Assembly (NCBI GenBank): GCA_051294375.1
Contig: CM119269.1
Location: 2,410,699-2,474,698, forward strand
From: Paraspadella gotoi
Taxonomy: Eukaryota; Animalia; Chaetognatha
DNA: 64,000 nucleotides
Reading direction: 5' to 3'
Part shown: piece by piece, positions 31,339 through 41,184 of the stretch
Numbering within the stretch: position 1 is the stretch's first letter
Layout: the number at the start of each line of letters is the position of its first letter
Position numbers and translations under genes: made by a program
The notes under the pieces: generated by a model
Told to the model about the DNA's origin: nothing
What the model saw: the letters and a program-made list of their open reading frames with translations, nothing else
The model's database searches: none

Positions 31339-34130
31339 TTAAACCTCGTCGTTATATCGCCTTTCGAAGATTGACTAATAATTCATTAATAGATAAGTGA
31401 TTTAGAAGCCGAGGAAGAAGCGGCGACTCTCCAGTGATTACGACGCCGAAGGGAGAAGCGAATCGGAAAAGAAAAGAAAAAAAAAACAAATTGTGATTTC
31501 ACCGAGAGAATAAAAAGAAAGAAAACTTGAGCGGAAATGAGAAAATTGTTTTTCTCACCGACGGTTGTCGCTTTGACTCGCGGAAATCTCCGTTGCTTTA
31601 ATCGGTTTCTTTAATCCGAGTAATTATCAAGTGGGGGGGGGAGAGTGGGGGAGAAAATGGGGGGGAAGATTGCAGTAGAAATCTACGATAAAATTAAATT
31701 CAATAGGGGGTTCAAAACTTTAGTCTTTAGTTCGATTTTAATGCTTTTATTGTGGCTATCAAAATTACAATATTAGTACTATATAATGATAAAACATTTT
31801 TTTAATCTATCTTAACTTTTTTTGATGGATTCTGATAGAGTAGAGTAGTTAAATAAAAAATAAAATAAAACTACAACTTTCAAAAATTCTTATTTTTTCT
31901 TGGTCAAAAAAGAAAGAAAAAGTAATAAAATTATCGAAATATATGATGATGATGATGATGATTAATAATACTTTTTACTATACTTTGTGCCGACAACTTT
32001 TTGCAAACTACCTAAATCTTATCTTAAAATTAAAAAAAAGTAGCCTTTCTTATTTATAAATAAATATTAAAAAATTAATATATGGGTTATGGCGTTATAT
32101 TAAAATTTTTGTCTATTCAATTTTTTTCAAAAGTGTAAAAAATTTTCGTTTGAGCTGGTGCTTAATTCAAATTTCTTAACCACCTTACTGAGTTAGTCTA
32201 CTCCTTATGACAGGCTGATGGTGGGAGAGATATAGAGAGAAAAAAAAACTGGAAATACGAATCCCACGCTTTCTTCTTCATCGAGCGATTGGGGAGAACC
32301 CAATCAATCCGAAACTTTATGGGGAGGCATATTGAGCTGTCGAAGCCACAGTGATGTATATTGAGGTATTTTGAGCTGTCGAAGCCACAGTGATGGGGTA
32401 GCGGATGCCGAATGACGACGATGATGACGACGATGACGCCGTTCCGAGCATGGAGCATTAAACGCGAGCGAACTCAGTCGAACGAACGACGGAAGACTGA
32501 TGGCGATAATGGGGCGCGAGGCTCGCGGCTTAACGGATGTCAAAGACTGTCTCGGGAGGGAACTCGAAGAAGGACGAAAAGGACGGAGGGAAAGATGAAG
32601 AAAGACGGGGAAATCATGATGGAGAAGAGAAAAATGATGATGGAGAAAGACGGGGAAATAAGGATGGAGAAGAGAAAAATGATGGTGGAGAAAGACGGGG
32701 AAATAAGGATGGAGAAGAGAAAAATGATGATGGAGAAAGACGGGGAAATAAGGATGGAGAAGAGAAAAATGATGATGGAGAAAAGAAAAATGATGATGGA
32801 GAAAGACGGGGAAATCATGATGGAGAAGAGAAAAATAATGATGGAGAAAAGAAAAATGATGATGGAGAAAAAGTAATTGATGAATGGGAAGAGGGAAGAA
32901 AGATTTAATAAAGAAAATGAAAGCCTAAGAAAATGAGTGCAGATGGATGGAGAGAAGGACTGGCTTGGATTGATGGATCGTAGAACTTTAACGATGAACA
33001 TTGAAATACAAAATTAAATTTAAATTCAAAGTTTAAAAAATATAATCGTATGTAAGTACATACAGTTTTAGCAGTTTAATCGATAACCGCGGTGACAAAG
33101 ATAAAAACGCCGTGTCTGAAGTTCGCATGAATAAAGAAAAAAAGGAACTGATAAAAGCGAAGTCGACGACGACGACGACGACAACAACGACGACCGAGAT
33201 GTAATATTTACGCACCATAAACTGTCCATCTCGGATGATTCAAAAATCACCCGGATGTGAAAGGCTTTAGCAGAACGATGATAGGAAGAGAGGCCGTTGC
33301 ACTCGTAAGACTATCCGCGCCATCAATATACATTAAATGTTACAGCGATCGCTTGACTGACTCGTGCTGGACGCAATTTAAAAGTCACTATTTGTTTAGA
33401 AAATGACGATTAAAGAAGTCTTTTTACCTAATTGACTTTTTAAAGTCGCGTTATTTCATTTTTATTATCGTTTAATGAATAGTACTCTGCTTTCTTCTCT
33501 CTCGTCGCAGTGTTCAGCATCACTCTGATCACCCTAGATCGGTATTGGATGGTGACCAAGGCTTTGGAGTACCGATCCCGCAAGATGCACTCCAAGCCGA
33601 TCCTCCTCCTCGTCGCCACGTGGGTCATCGCCTTTCTCATGTGGGCGCCGGCGATAGTGCTGTGGGAGACCGTGACGGGTGAGGGGGGAAGGGGGAAAAG
33701 AAAGAAAGAAAGAAGGAAAGAAAGAAATAAGTCAAGAAAGAAAGAAAGACCGAAAGAAAGTAAGAAATAAATAAAGAAAGAAAGAAAAAAAGAAAGAAAG
33801 TTCAACAATGGTCATCGGATGAGATAGTTGGCCAGGGATTGCAACATCGTATCAAATCCCAAACGAAGCGGTATCGCGCGACCTTACCTCAGCCTCGAAT
33901 CCACGACCAGGCGTTCCCGACTACGAGGCTTGGGAACACTGCGAGCCACCCTTCCGCAATTCTCTCTGGTACCTTCTCTCTCTCGCCTTCTTCGAATTCT
34001 TTCTTCCTCTCTTCTCCGTCATTTGGCTCAACCTTCAAATCTACATGAACATCAAGAAGCGACACAACACGCTCGTCAAGAAGGCGGAACCCTCTTCGCA
34101 GCCGTCGCAGGGAGAGGCCGCCACTAAGAA

Positions 34131-34185
<55 letters not shown>

Positions 34186-37100
34186 TAGAGAGATTAACTT
34201 TCAAATTTCTTTGTTATAAATGGACGATGACGTCTGTCTCCTTTTCGGCCACCTTCAGGTCGTGACCGCCAAATGGCAGCGCCTCAAGCTCATAATCATG
34301 CGAGACCGGGAACTGGCCGACACGGGCGTCGTTATAGAGATCAACGCCCCCGACGGAAACGGCGCCGCGGAGAAAAACGGCGGCGCCGAAAAAGAGACGC
34401 CGGAAGAGGAGGGATTGCTGAACGGCGCCGTGATTCGAGGAGGAGGAGGAGACTCGGAAGTGACGTCTCCCGTCGCGGCGACGCCGTCCGTTCAAGACGA
34501 TAGCGGTGTTTTTTTGGGGAGCATCTTGGAGAAATCCTCGGCTCCTATCGGGCCACCGCCATCGTCTGCCTCGCTCCTCCCACGGCCCCCGAATCTCGAC
34601 AAGGTGCGCTCCATCAGCTTCGATTCCAGGTCGGAAGCCCCGCCGCCGGAGTCGGAGGCGGCTTCCCCGGCGCCGCAGAGCCTCGCCGCAGCTGTCTCAA
34701 CCTTCGAACTGGCCGAGTTTCCGAAGTCGCCCTCAACGGACTCGACGAAACCCTTGGCGCCGAGGGTGAGAGGCGATGTCAATGTGGGAGTGAGTGGAGA
34801 TGCTGATTTAATTTAAATAATATATTAATTAAAAACATAGAACCAATGAATTTATGGTGATATTGATGAGAATGAGTTGAATTTGTTTAAATGACTCTAA
34901 TATCTGCCAATGCAGATGACTGCTTGAAACTTTGAACATTCTTAGACTAAGCCTATGAATAATAACTGAGCAATCTTATCTGTAATATCATGTGCTGTCT
35001 AAAAATGGTAAGGATACGGCTTATTAAAACTTATTGCACATTATTTTACATTCAATTAGGCCTGCCAGTTTGCTTTGCTTATATATATGAAGTATTTAAG
35101 GTTGAAATTCACTGCCTACAAATCGCGCGCATTTGGGTTTGTCATTCATTACAGAGTGACAGGTGTACAAATGTATTCAAGTATAATTTTAAACTTATAT
35201 GGTCGTTTATTTTCGAACTACATCCTCATTTAATCATCCTCCTTTGTTTTACAATACACACTATTTATTCACATTTATTTCTCATTTATTGCGCTAAACA
35301 ACATACATTATTGCGGAAGTCTGAATTCAATTAATGAAAACAATTATTTTTTTTTTTCAGTCAGTAACGAGCGTTCACTTAAAATATGTCGTCGGATTGC
35401 AGCACCGAAATTCTTTGCTTTTGAACCATGCCGTTTCCCTGTAACAAAATCTCAAATATTTATTAATTTTATATCATTTTCATTCTGAGCACGGAATCAT
35501 AGTTGAAAAGCAAGTAATTTCTCTGTCTGTCAAAATGTGTATCGACGCTTTGAAGAGACGTCGACTTTTTATTGCTCGATTGTTGCTCTCGTCAAAAAAA
35601 TTCGGAAATTGAAATTGAAAGTAATACACGCGTAACCTTTAATCGCATTCATATTATCTAAACGATGTATAGTTAAACGAGTTAAACTGTTTCGCCAGGT
35701 TAAACTTATTTTCCTTTTCCGATCCGGACCCATTTGCAGAAAACCAACCGGTTCCACTCTCTGGTTCTTCAGACGATGGCACAATCGCAGGCGACATTCG
35801 CCAAAACCAAAATCTCCATGCGGAACCTTCGTCGGTGAGAAACTTGCTGCAAACGAGTTGCAATTCAGTTGCAATTTAGTTGCAATTCAGTTGCAATTTT
35901 GTTGCAATTCAGCGACCATCAAGACGATGACGATGCTAATATAATCGCTTTATGCGAAACTAACCAGGCAAATGTTTTAGCAAGGAAATTCGCTATGCTG
36001 ATGCGATTCGCTGGTCGCGAATGTTATTCCAGAACCTAAACCGAGCATGATACTCAACGCGGCGTATATATGTAATATATATATAATATATAGATAAATA
36101 AATTCGTTCGATTAAGATCATTCTCTCACTGATATTCTAGCTAACGATCAAGAATTGTTTGTTTATTTCGACTAGAGTTTCGCATGACTCTCCTGTTTTT
36201 ATCAAAACGAGTTTAATTATCTTTTTTTTAGTGGAAATTGAAAAGATTTGAATTTTTAGCAAATTGCTCGATGACTCGGAAAAACGTAAGATAGAAACTG
36301 TCCTTATATCAAATAAAAATATGCTACGTAGTAGCCCTTTATACTTGAATATTATCAATAACTTGCTAAAATAGCGGAGTTTTGGTTGCCTCATATACTA
36401 TTCTTAATTCGCCGTTCCACAGAACTAAAGCCGGACTGGCATCCATTAACAGGATGGATGCCTTTTATAAAGAATGGTAACGATATAAGTGTAGTTCGTA
36501 AACAGTATAATTTGATTTATAGGCAGCATGATTTCTGTACATTAATGAACGAACGCCTGCGCTGGAACATTTTTTTAAAAATCGTACCAATCATTATTTT
36601 TACGAGCACGGGTGCACGTTCGACATAATTCGATATTGTTTATTGTTAGCGATTTCAATAAGAAGTTCAAATAGAAGAACAACGATATGATTTCGTCCTG
36701 AGAGTAATTGATTTTGTTAGATGATTTTGTGCATTCATTCAATGTACGCTTTCGGTTATAGCGATTTCGCTCAATTTTCGGCATTAACTATATTTTCATT
36801 ACTTTTCTTGGCATGATTCTTTTCGGATAAAATTTGCACTTCAACTTTGTCATTTGTCAACGCGTTTTTATTTTTTTTTTTTCGTATAGCGTCAAAATAT
36901 TTATATTTTTCGAGTGTCCGTTAATCCTTGAGCTTGCCTTATTTTTTTTTAGACGTTTCTTACCTCGTCATGCTGCACTAGAATAAAAGATTTGTTACTT
37001 TGCAATATAAACGTTGCATCGGCGATGTAGTTCGTCAGGGAGTAGTACAAACCAAAATTTTCTTTTAGCTTAAATACTACGTATATATGTAATATTGCGG

Positions 37101-37650
37101 TTTTATTAAGTGAAATTGGTATTAGCTTTTGTTTTCGTTGCTAATTCAGTTTTCAAAGTCGTAAGGTAAACGGTCAACGAGGAATTCAAGATTGATTCTC
37201 AACCATTGACCTTTCTTCTCCCCGAACCCGCTTTCTCTGTCAGGGACAAACGCGCGGCAAAGCAGATGGCCATTCTCGTGTCCTGCTTCTGCATTTGTTG
37301 GCTCCCGTACACGGTGTCGGCGTTGGTCGCGTCTCTCTACCCGAACTCCATCCCTGACGTTGTCTTCGAGATCGTCTTTTGGCTGCTTTGGCTCAATTCC
37401 ACCATCAACCCTTTCCTTTACTCTTTCGTCAACGATTCCTTCAGGCATATTTAATATTGTTATGATATAAATATACATGCATTCATGAGTACTATTTTTT
37501 TTAATATTAAATGTTTACTCGATTCGGCTTAAATCCCCAATCTTTTTCTCCCACAGATTGGCCTTCAAGGAGATTCTCTGCGGCTACAAGTGTTGCTACG
37601 TGACGGAGAACGATCGCAGCGCGCTCAGACGATCTATGCGATCCTGTTGA
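27063..37650 (+). CDS. HRH3-like: Spliced class A aminergic GPCR, histamine H3/H4 receptor-like (gene span; 9 exons reconstructed with consistent phases)
   Basis: TM1 GNLLVIIAF; TM2 NFFIFNLSIADF..IPLY; ECL1 W-LG--AC; TM3 FWLIVDY..DRY; TM4 W..WAPAI; ECL2 HC; TM5 FFEFFLP..NLQIYMNI; TM6 RDKRAAK..CWLPYT; TM7 FWLLWLNSTINPFLY; helix 8 SFRLAFKEILC. These match recalled vertebrate HRH3 motifs (IPLY, WLVVDY, EFFTP, FWLLWANS). Confidence 0.9.
27400..27519 (+). CDS. HRH3-like: GPCR exon: TM1-ICL1-TM2
   Basis: ccttcag acceptor; VAMVVLSLVTSGGNLLVIIAFTRDKRCQTYSNFFIFNLSI; gtgag donor. Confidence 0.92.
28027..28155 (+). CDS. HRH3-like: GPCR exon: TM2-ECL1-TM3
   Basis: tttccag acceptor; ADFICGTIAIPLYCPSLLAETWVLGREACMFWLIVDYIIGSVS; gtgag donor. 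Confidence 0.93.
28780..28930. repeat. (TTTC)n then (CTCA)n microsatellite
   Basis: Direct reading; similar (TTTC)n/(GAAA)n tracts at ~6040-6140, 30266-30356 and 52133-52222. Confidence 0.95.
31272..31338. repeat. (GTC)n microsatellite
   Basis: Perfect trinucleotide run. Confidence 0.95.
32595..32873 (+). repeat. 45-bp intronic minisatellite
   Basis: Unit gatggagaaagacggggaaataaggatggagaagagaaaaatgat, with partial units. Confidence 0.9.
33511..33678 (+). CDS. HRH3-like: GPCR exon: TM3 (DRY)-ICL2-TM4
   Basis: gtcgcag acceptor; VFSITLITLDRYWMVTKALEYRSRKMHSKPILLLVATWVIAFLMWAPAIVLWETVT; gtgag donor. Confidence 0.95.
33911..34131 (+). CDS. HRH3-like: GPCR exon: ECL2-TM5-start of ICL3
   Basis: GVPDYEAWEHCEPPFRNSLWYLLSLAFFEFFLPLFSVIWLNLQIYMNIKKRHNTLVKK..; AAG|gtgag donor; an in-frame alternative acceptor would start the exon at 33893. 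Confidence 0.92.
34259..34765 (+). CDS. HRH3-like: GPCR exon: ICL3 (507 nt, phase 0-0)
   Basis: ccttcag acceptor; open frame VVTAKWQRLKLIIMRDRE..STDSTKPLAPR; gtgag donor; GC-rich. Confidence 0.85.
35740..35834 (+). CDS. HRH3-like: GPCR exon: distal ICL3
   Basis: tttgcag acceptor; KTNRFHSLVLQTMAQSQATFAKTKISMRNLR; CG|gtgag donor supplies exactly the phase 0-to-2 bridge required. Confidence 0.85.
35857..35912. repeat. 11-bp tandem repeat x5
   Basis: Unit gttgcaattca. Confidence 0.9.
37244..37444 (+). CDS. HRH3-like: GPCR exon: TM6-ECL3-TM7
   Basis: tctgtcag acceptor; RDKRAAKQMAILVSCFCICWLPYTVSALVASLYPNSIPDVVFEIVFWLLWLNSTINPFLYSFVNDSF; inferred GC donor. Confidence 0.95.
37557..37650 (+). CDS. 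HRH3-like: GPCR terminal exon: helix 8 and C-tail
   Basis: tttttctcccacag acceptor; (R)LAFKEILCGYKCCYVTENDRSALRRSMRSC then TGA; the stop is uncertain because the duplicate copy reads on as SCLETK. Confidence 0.75.
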
Positions 37651-38309
37651 GAAACAAAGGAACAAAACGAGGGCATCCAGAAACAAANNNNNNNNNNACA
37701 AAACGATGTTTCTAGCCGCGCTAATTAATCTTCTTTTTCTTCCCATTTCTCTTTCACGTGACGCTCTTGACGTTGACTCCCCCGCGCCCCCCCTAAATAA
37801 AAAAAAATTCAACCTTCGCTCAAAGATTTCACATTTGTCTTCATTTTAAATGATATTGTGGCGAATGCCCTCCCCCCCGTTGCCATGATATTGTAAAAAT
37901 GATCAGATCGTTTTGTTTTAGGCGGGCGTCCGATTCGATTTTCTAGTCTTGTGAAACTTTTTTTTTTCCGTTGCGTGTGCTAATCTCTTTGATATTTACC
38001 CGCTGTGACTTTTGTCGAAATCGCGGAGAAAAAAAAGAAAAAAAGTCGCGTCGACTATTGTGCGCCTGCGCAGTGCGCAGTGCGGAGGAAGAAAAACAAA
38101 CTCTCTTTGATTTTGTATTCCGTAGAGGTTTCGTTAACTAGTAATACATTTCTCATACCAATTATTATTAATAAAAAAAAAAAAGATTTATGTCGTGTTC
38201 CGCAATTTTCAAAATTTTTAAATATATTTCGTAAATAACGCGTTTGTTTTCGGTCCGCCTCCGACGAACTGGCTCATTTTCTCCTTCTCTCCATCCTTTC
38301 TTCCTCCAG

Positions 38310-38451
38310 GACATCCAAGTGCTGCTCGATCATTTCCTGGAGCCGCTTCGCGATGGTCTCTTTAAGTCCTCCAACGAAGTGGCCTCCCTCGCAGAAAACC
38401 TTCGCCTCATTATATCCTTTCAGACGGAGTTCCTGGCCACTCTCGAAAAGG
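38310..38451 (+). CDS. TIAM1-like: RhoGEF (DH) domain exon, TIAM1/TIAM2/still-life-like Rac GEF
   Basis: ttcctccag acceptor; DIQVLLDHFLEPLRDGLFKSSNEVASLAENLRLIISFQTEFLATLEK resembles recalled TIAM1 DL..YLKPL..GNLTEMVEFQVEFLKTLEDG; G|gtgag donor. Confidence 0.85.
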
Positions 38452-38857
38452 GTGAGAGCGGGGACGACGACGACGATGACAGCGACGACGGCAAAAGCGA
38501 CGACGAGGTTCATGACGACGACGACGACAATTTTTACATTTTGAAAGTGCGACGCTTGAGTGACAGCGCCGGATGCAAAAATGAATTAGCGACGAAAACA
38601 ACAGCAACTGCAACGGTTTTCACTCAACGACGAAACCAAAGACTAAATTCAAATCGAAAGACGTTGAAGACGACGACGACGACGATTGACGAACGACGAT
38701 GACGACGACGACGATGACGCCGACGTTGACGACGACGACGATGACGACGAACAACAGCTTGACTGGCAAAGGGCGTGACGATGGAAATCTCGCTTCTCAC
38801 GCCTCGAAATGTTTGGCTGTTTCTCTCTCTCTCTCTCTCCTCTCTCCTTTCTACCTC

Positions 38858-38859
<2 letters not shown>

Positions 38860-38917
<58 letters not shown>

Positions 38918-39062
38918 CCTTCTATCCTCCTCCTCTCTGCTCTATCTCTCTCTCTCTCTCTCCTCTCTCTCTCTTTTCCTCTTTTTTCTCTCTCTCTCTC
39001 TATTTCTATCGTATCTATCCTTAACTATCTCTCTCCTCTCTCTCTTTCTCTCTTCTCCCCCT

Positions 39063-39108
<46 letters not shown>

Positions 39109-39127
39109 CATCGTTTTCTCTCTCTCT

Positions 39128-39176
<49 letters not shown>

Positions 39177-39185
39177 TATCTATCC
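38860..39185. repeat. (ATCT)n and (CT)n microsatellite cluster in the TIAM-like intron
   Basis: Direct reading. Confidence 0.9.
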
Positions 39186-39326
39186 TTCCTATCTCTCTCT
39201 CTCTCATCTCTTCTCTCCTCTCACTTTACTGTTTCCTCTTCCGTCCTCTCTCCCCCCTCTTGGTTTTTTGTTTTTTCTCGTTTCAGTTTTGTTTGATATT
39301 GATTAGCAGCGGTTGTGATGGCGACG

Positions 39327-39359
<33 letters not shown>

Positions 39360-39653
39360 AACGAGGATTCCCAAAAATTTTTCGAAATACAAAAGGCTTG
39401 ACAACAATAACAACGACAAAAGGGTGTACGGCAATAACTACGTATAACAAAAGGCTTTGCAGGGCAATAACAATAACAGGAGACGTTATCGCATACACAA
39501 TGACAAAATCCGCTCAATAACAACATTTGCGGTGATAACGACGATGTCATAACGGCGAGAATTAATAAATTACCCCCGCTCCCCGCCTTCAACCCTCCCT
39601 CCCGCCCTCCAACTTCCATTCTCCCTCCCCCCCCAAAAAAAAAAAATTATAAG

Positions 39654-39908
39654 GTTTCGAACTTTATCCCGAATTTTCCTTCGTTTCAACTTCCGGCGGA
39701 GACGACGGAATCGCGGCGCCGCCTCTCGCCGCCGCAGGGGCTCCGACGCCGCCGCCGCCGCCGGCTCCGACGGCAGCAGCGGCGGCGGCGGCGGTGAAAA
39801 AGATGATCTTCCACTTCGGGGGATCCTTCCTCTTGTACGCCAACAACTTCAAACTTTACAGCGCCTTTTGTGCCAGTTACTCCAAAGTGCAAAAGCTCGT
39901 CAACCCGG
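39654..39908 (+). CDS. TIAM1-like: RhoGEF (DH) domain exon, TIAM-like
   Basis: GFELYPEFS..[P/A-rich]..[38 protein letters not shown] resembles recalled TIAM1 [31 protein letters not shown]; G|gtgag donor; acceptor position less certain. Confidence 0.87.
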
Positions 39909-41083
39909 GTGAGTTAGTTCGAACGGGATGGCGGCTGAGAGGCCGGGAGGGTAAGGACCGAGCGGGGATTGAGGCGAGTGGCTCAGTGTGAAAACCTTAG
40001 AACTTTGTATTATACTAACTTGAGTCGATTAAATATTCTTTTTAGATCATTTATCTATTTATCTCATCTCTGTTTCGACTAAATAGTAAAATGAAATCCA
40101 AAAACTTGATCAGATTAAATGAAATTGAAATTTTATTTAAATTTATTTAAATTTTGAATGAAAATGTGTAGAAAAAGAACGAAAAGAGAAGAATAAAGGT
40201 TAAAGACCAGAGAGAGAGAGAGAGAGAGANNNNNNNNNNNNNNNNNNNNNNNNNNNNNNNNNNNNNNNNNNNNNNNNNNNNNNNNNNNNNNNNNNNNNNN
40301 NNNNNNNNNNNNNNNNNNNNNNNNNNNNNNNNNNNNNNNNNNNNNNNNNNNNNNNNNNNNNNNNNNNNNNNNNNNNNNNNNNNNNNTTTGAGAGAAAGAA
40401 TTTTTTTAGAAGGAAGTGACTTTTGTCTAGAGAGTCTCGTCGTGCTCGTCTGGGATATTCCGCCGCCGCACCAGGCCGCCGCCGCCGCCCCTAGCCGCCG
40501 CCGCCGCCCCTAGCCGCCGCCGCCGCCCCTAGCCGCCGCCGCCCCAGGCCGCCGCAGCCACCATACCCAGAGCCAGAGTCGTTAACATTGAGTTTCTTCG
40601 AAAGCTCCGAACGGGAAGAACGTTTCATCGAGTGGCAAAAAGTTGGGAGGGCAGATGAGTGGGTGGAGGTTGGCGAAGCTCCTTCCTTGTCGCTCAGACA
40701 CAAAATTATGTTAAAATCGAGAGGGAGCCAGAAAATAGTCTCTCTCTCTCTCTCTCTNNNNNNNNNNNNNNNNNNNNNNNNNNNNNNNNNNNNNNNNNNN
40801 NNNNNNNNNNNNNNNNNNNNNNNNNNNNNNNNNNNNNNNNNNNNNNNNNNNNNNNNNNNNNNNNNNNNNNNNNNNNNNNNNNNNNNNNNNNNNNNNNNNN
40901 NNNNNNNNNNNNNNNNNNNNNNNNNNNNNNNNNNNNNNNNNNNNNNNNNNNNNNNNNNNNNNNNNTTCCGCCTAACGACGATGCTTAACTGCAAATTTTC
41001 CTCTTTTCCACATCATTTTTTATGACCCACATTTTCGTCCACCGTCGCTTCGCCCCGACTTCCCACTCCGCCCACTAAAGCCT

Positions 41084-41108
41084 NNNNNNNNNNNNNNNNN
41101 NNNNNNNN
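41084..41108. other. Assembly gap of exactly 25 N at a duplication junction
   Basis: Counted 25 N; the right side restarts the sequence of ~31253. Confidence 0.95.
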
Positions 41109-41141
41109 CCGAAAAGACGCCGGTAAAATTCCCGTCGGTCG

Positions 41142-41184
<43 letters not shown>

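Noticed and set aside
32412-33001. Repeat proteins MEKDGEIRMEKRKMM and antisense equivalents
   Set aside because: In-frame translation of a 45-bp intronic minisatellite.
27400-37650. Muscarinic acetylcholine receptor assignment
   Set aside because: It lacks Asn6.52 and the muscarinic TM7 YWLCY motif, and has H3/H4-type EFFxP and FWLLW.
40431-40658. Possible TIAM PH-domain exon (LVVLVWD..PESLTLSFFESSEREERFIEW)
   Set aside because: A 19-bp ccgccgccgccgcccctag repeat puts stops in all frames, and the intervening DH/PH exons are missing; the resemblance is too weak.
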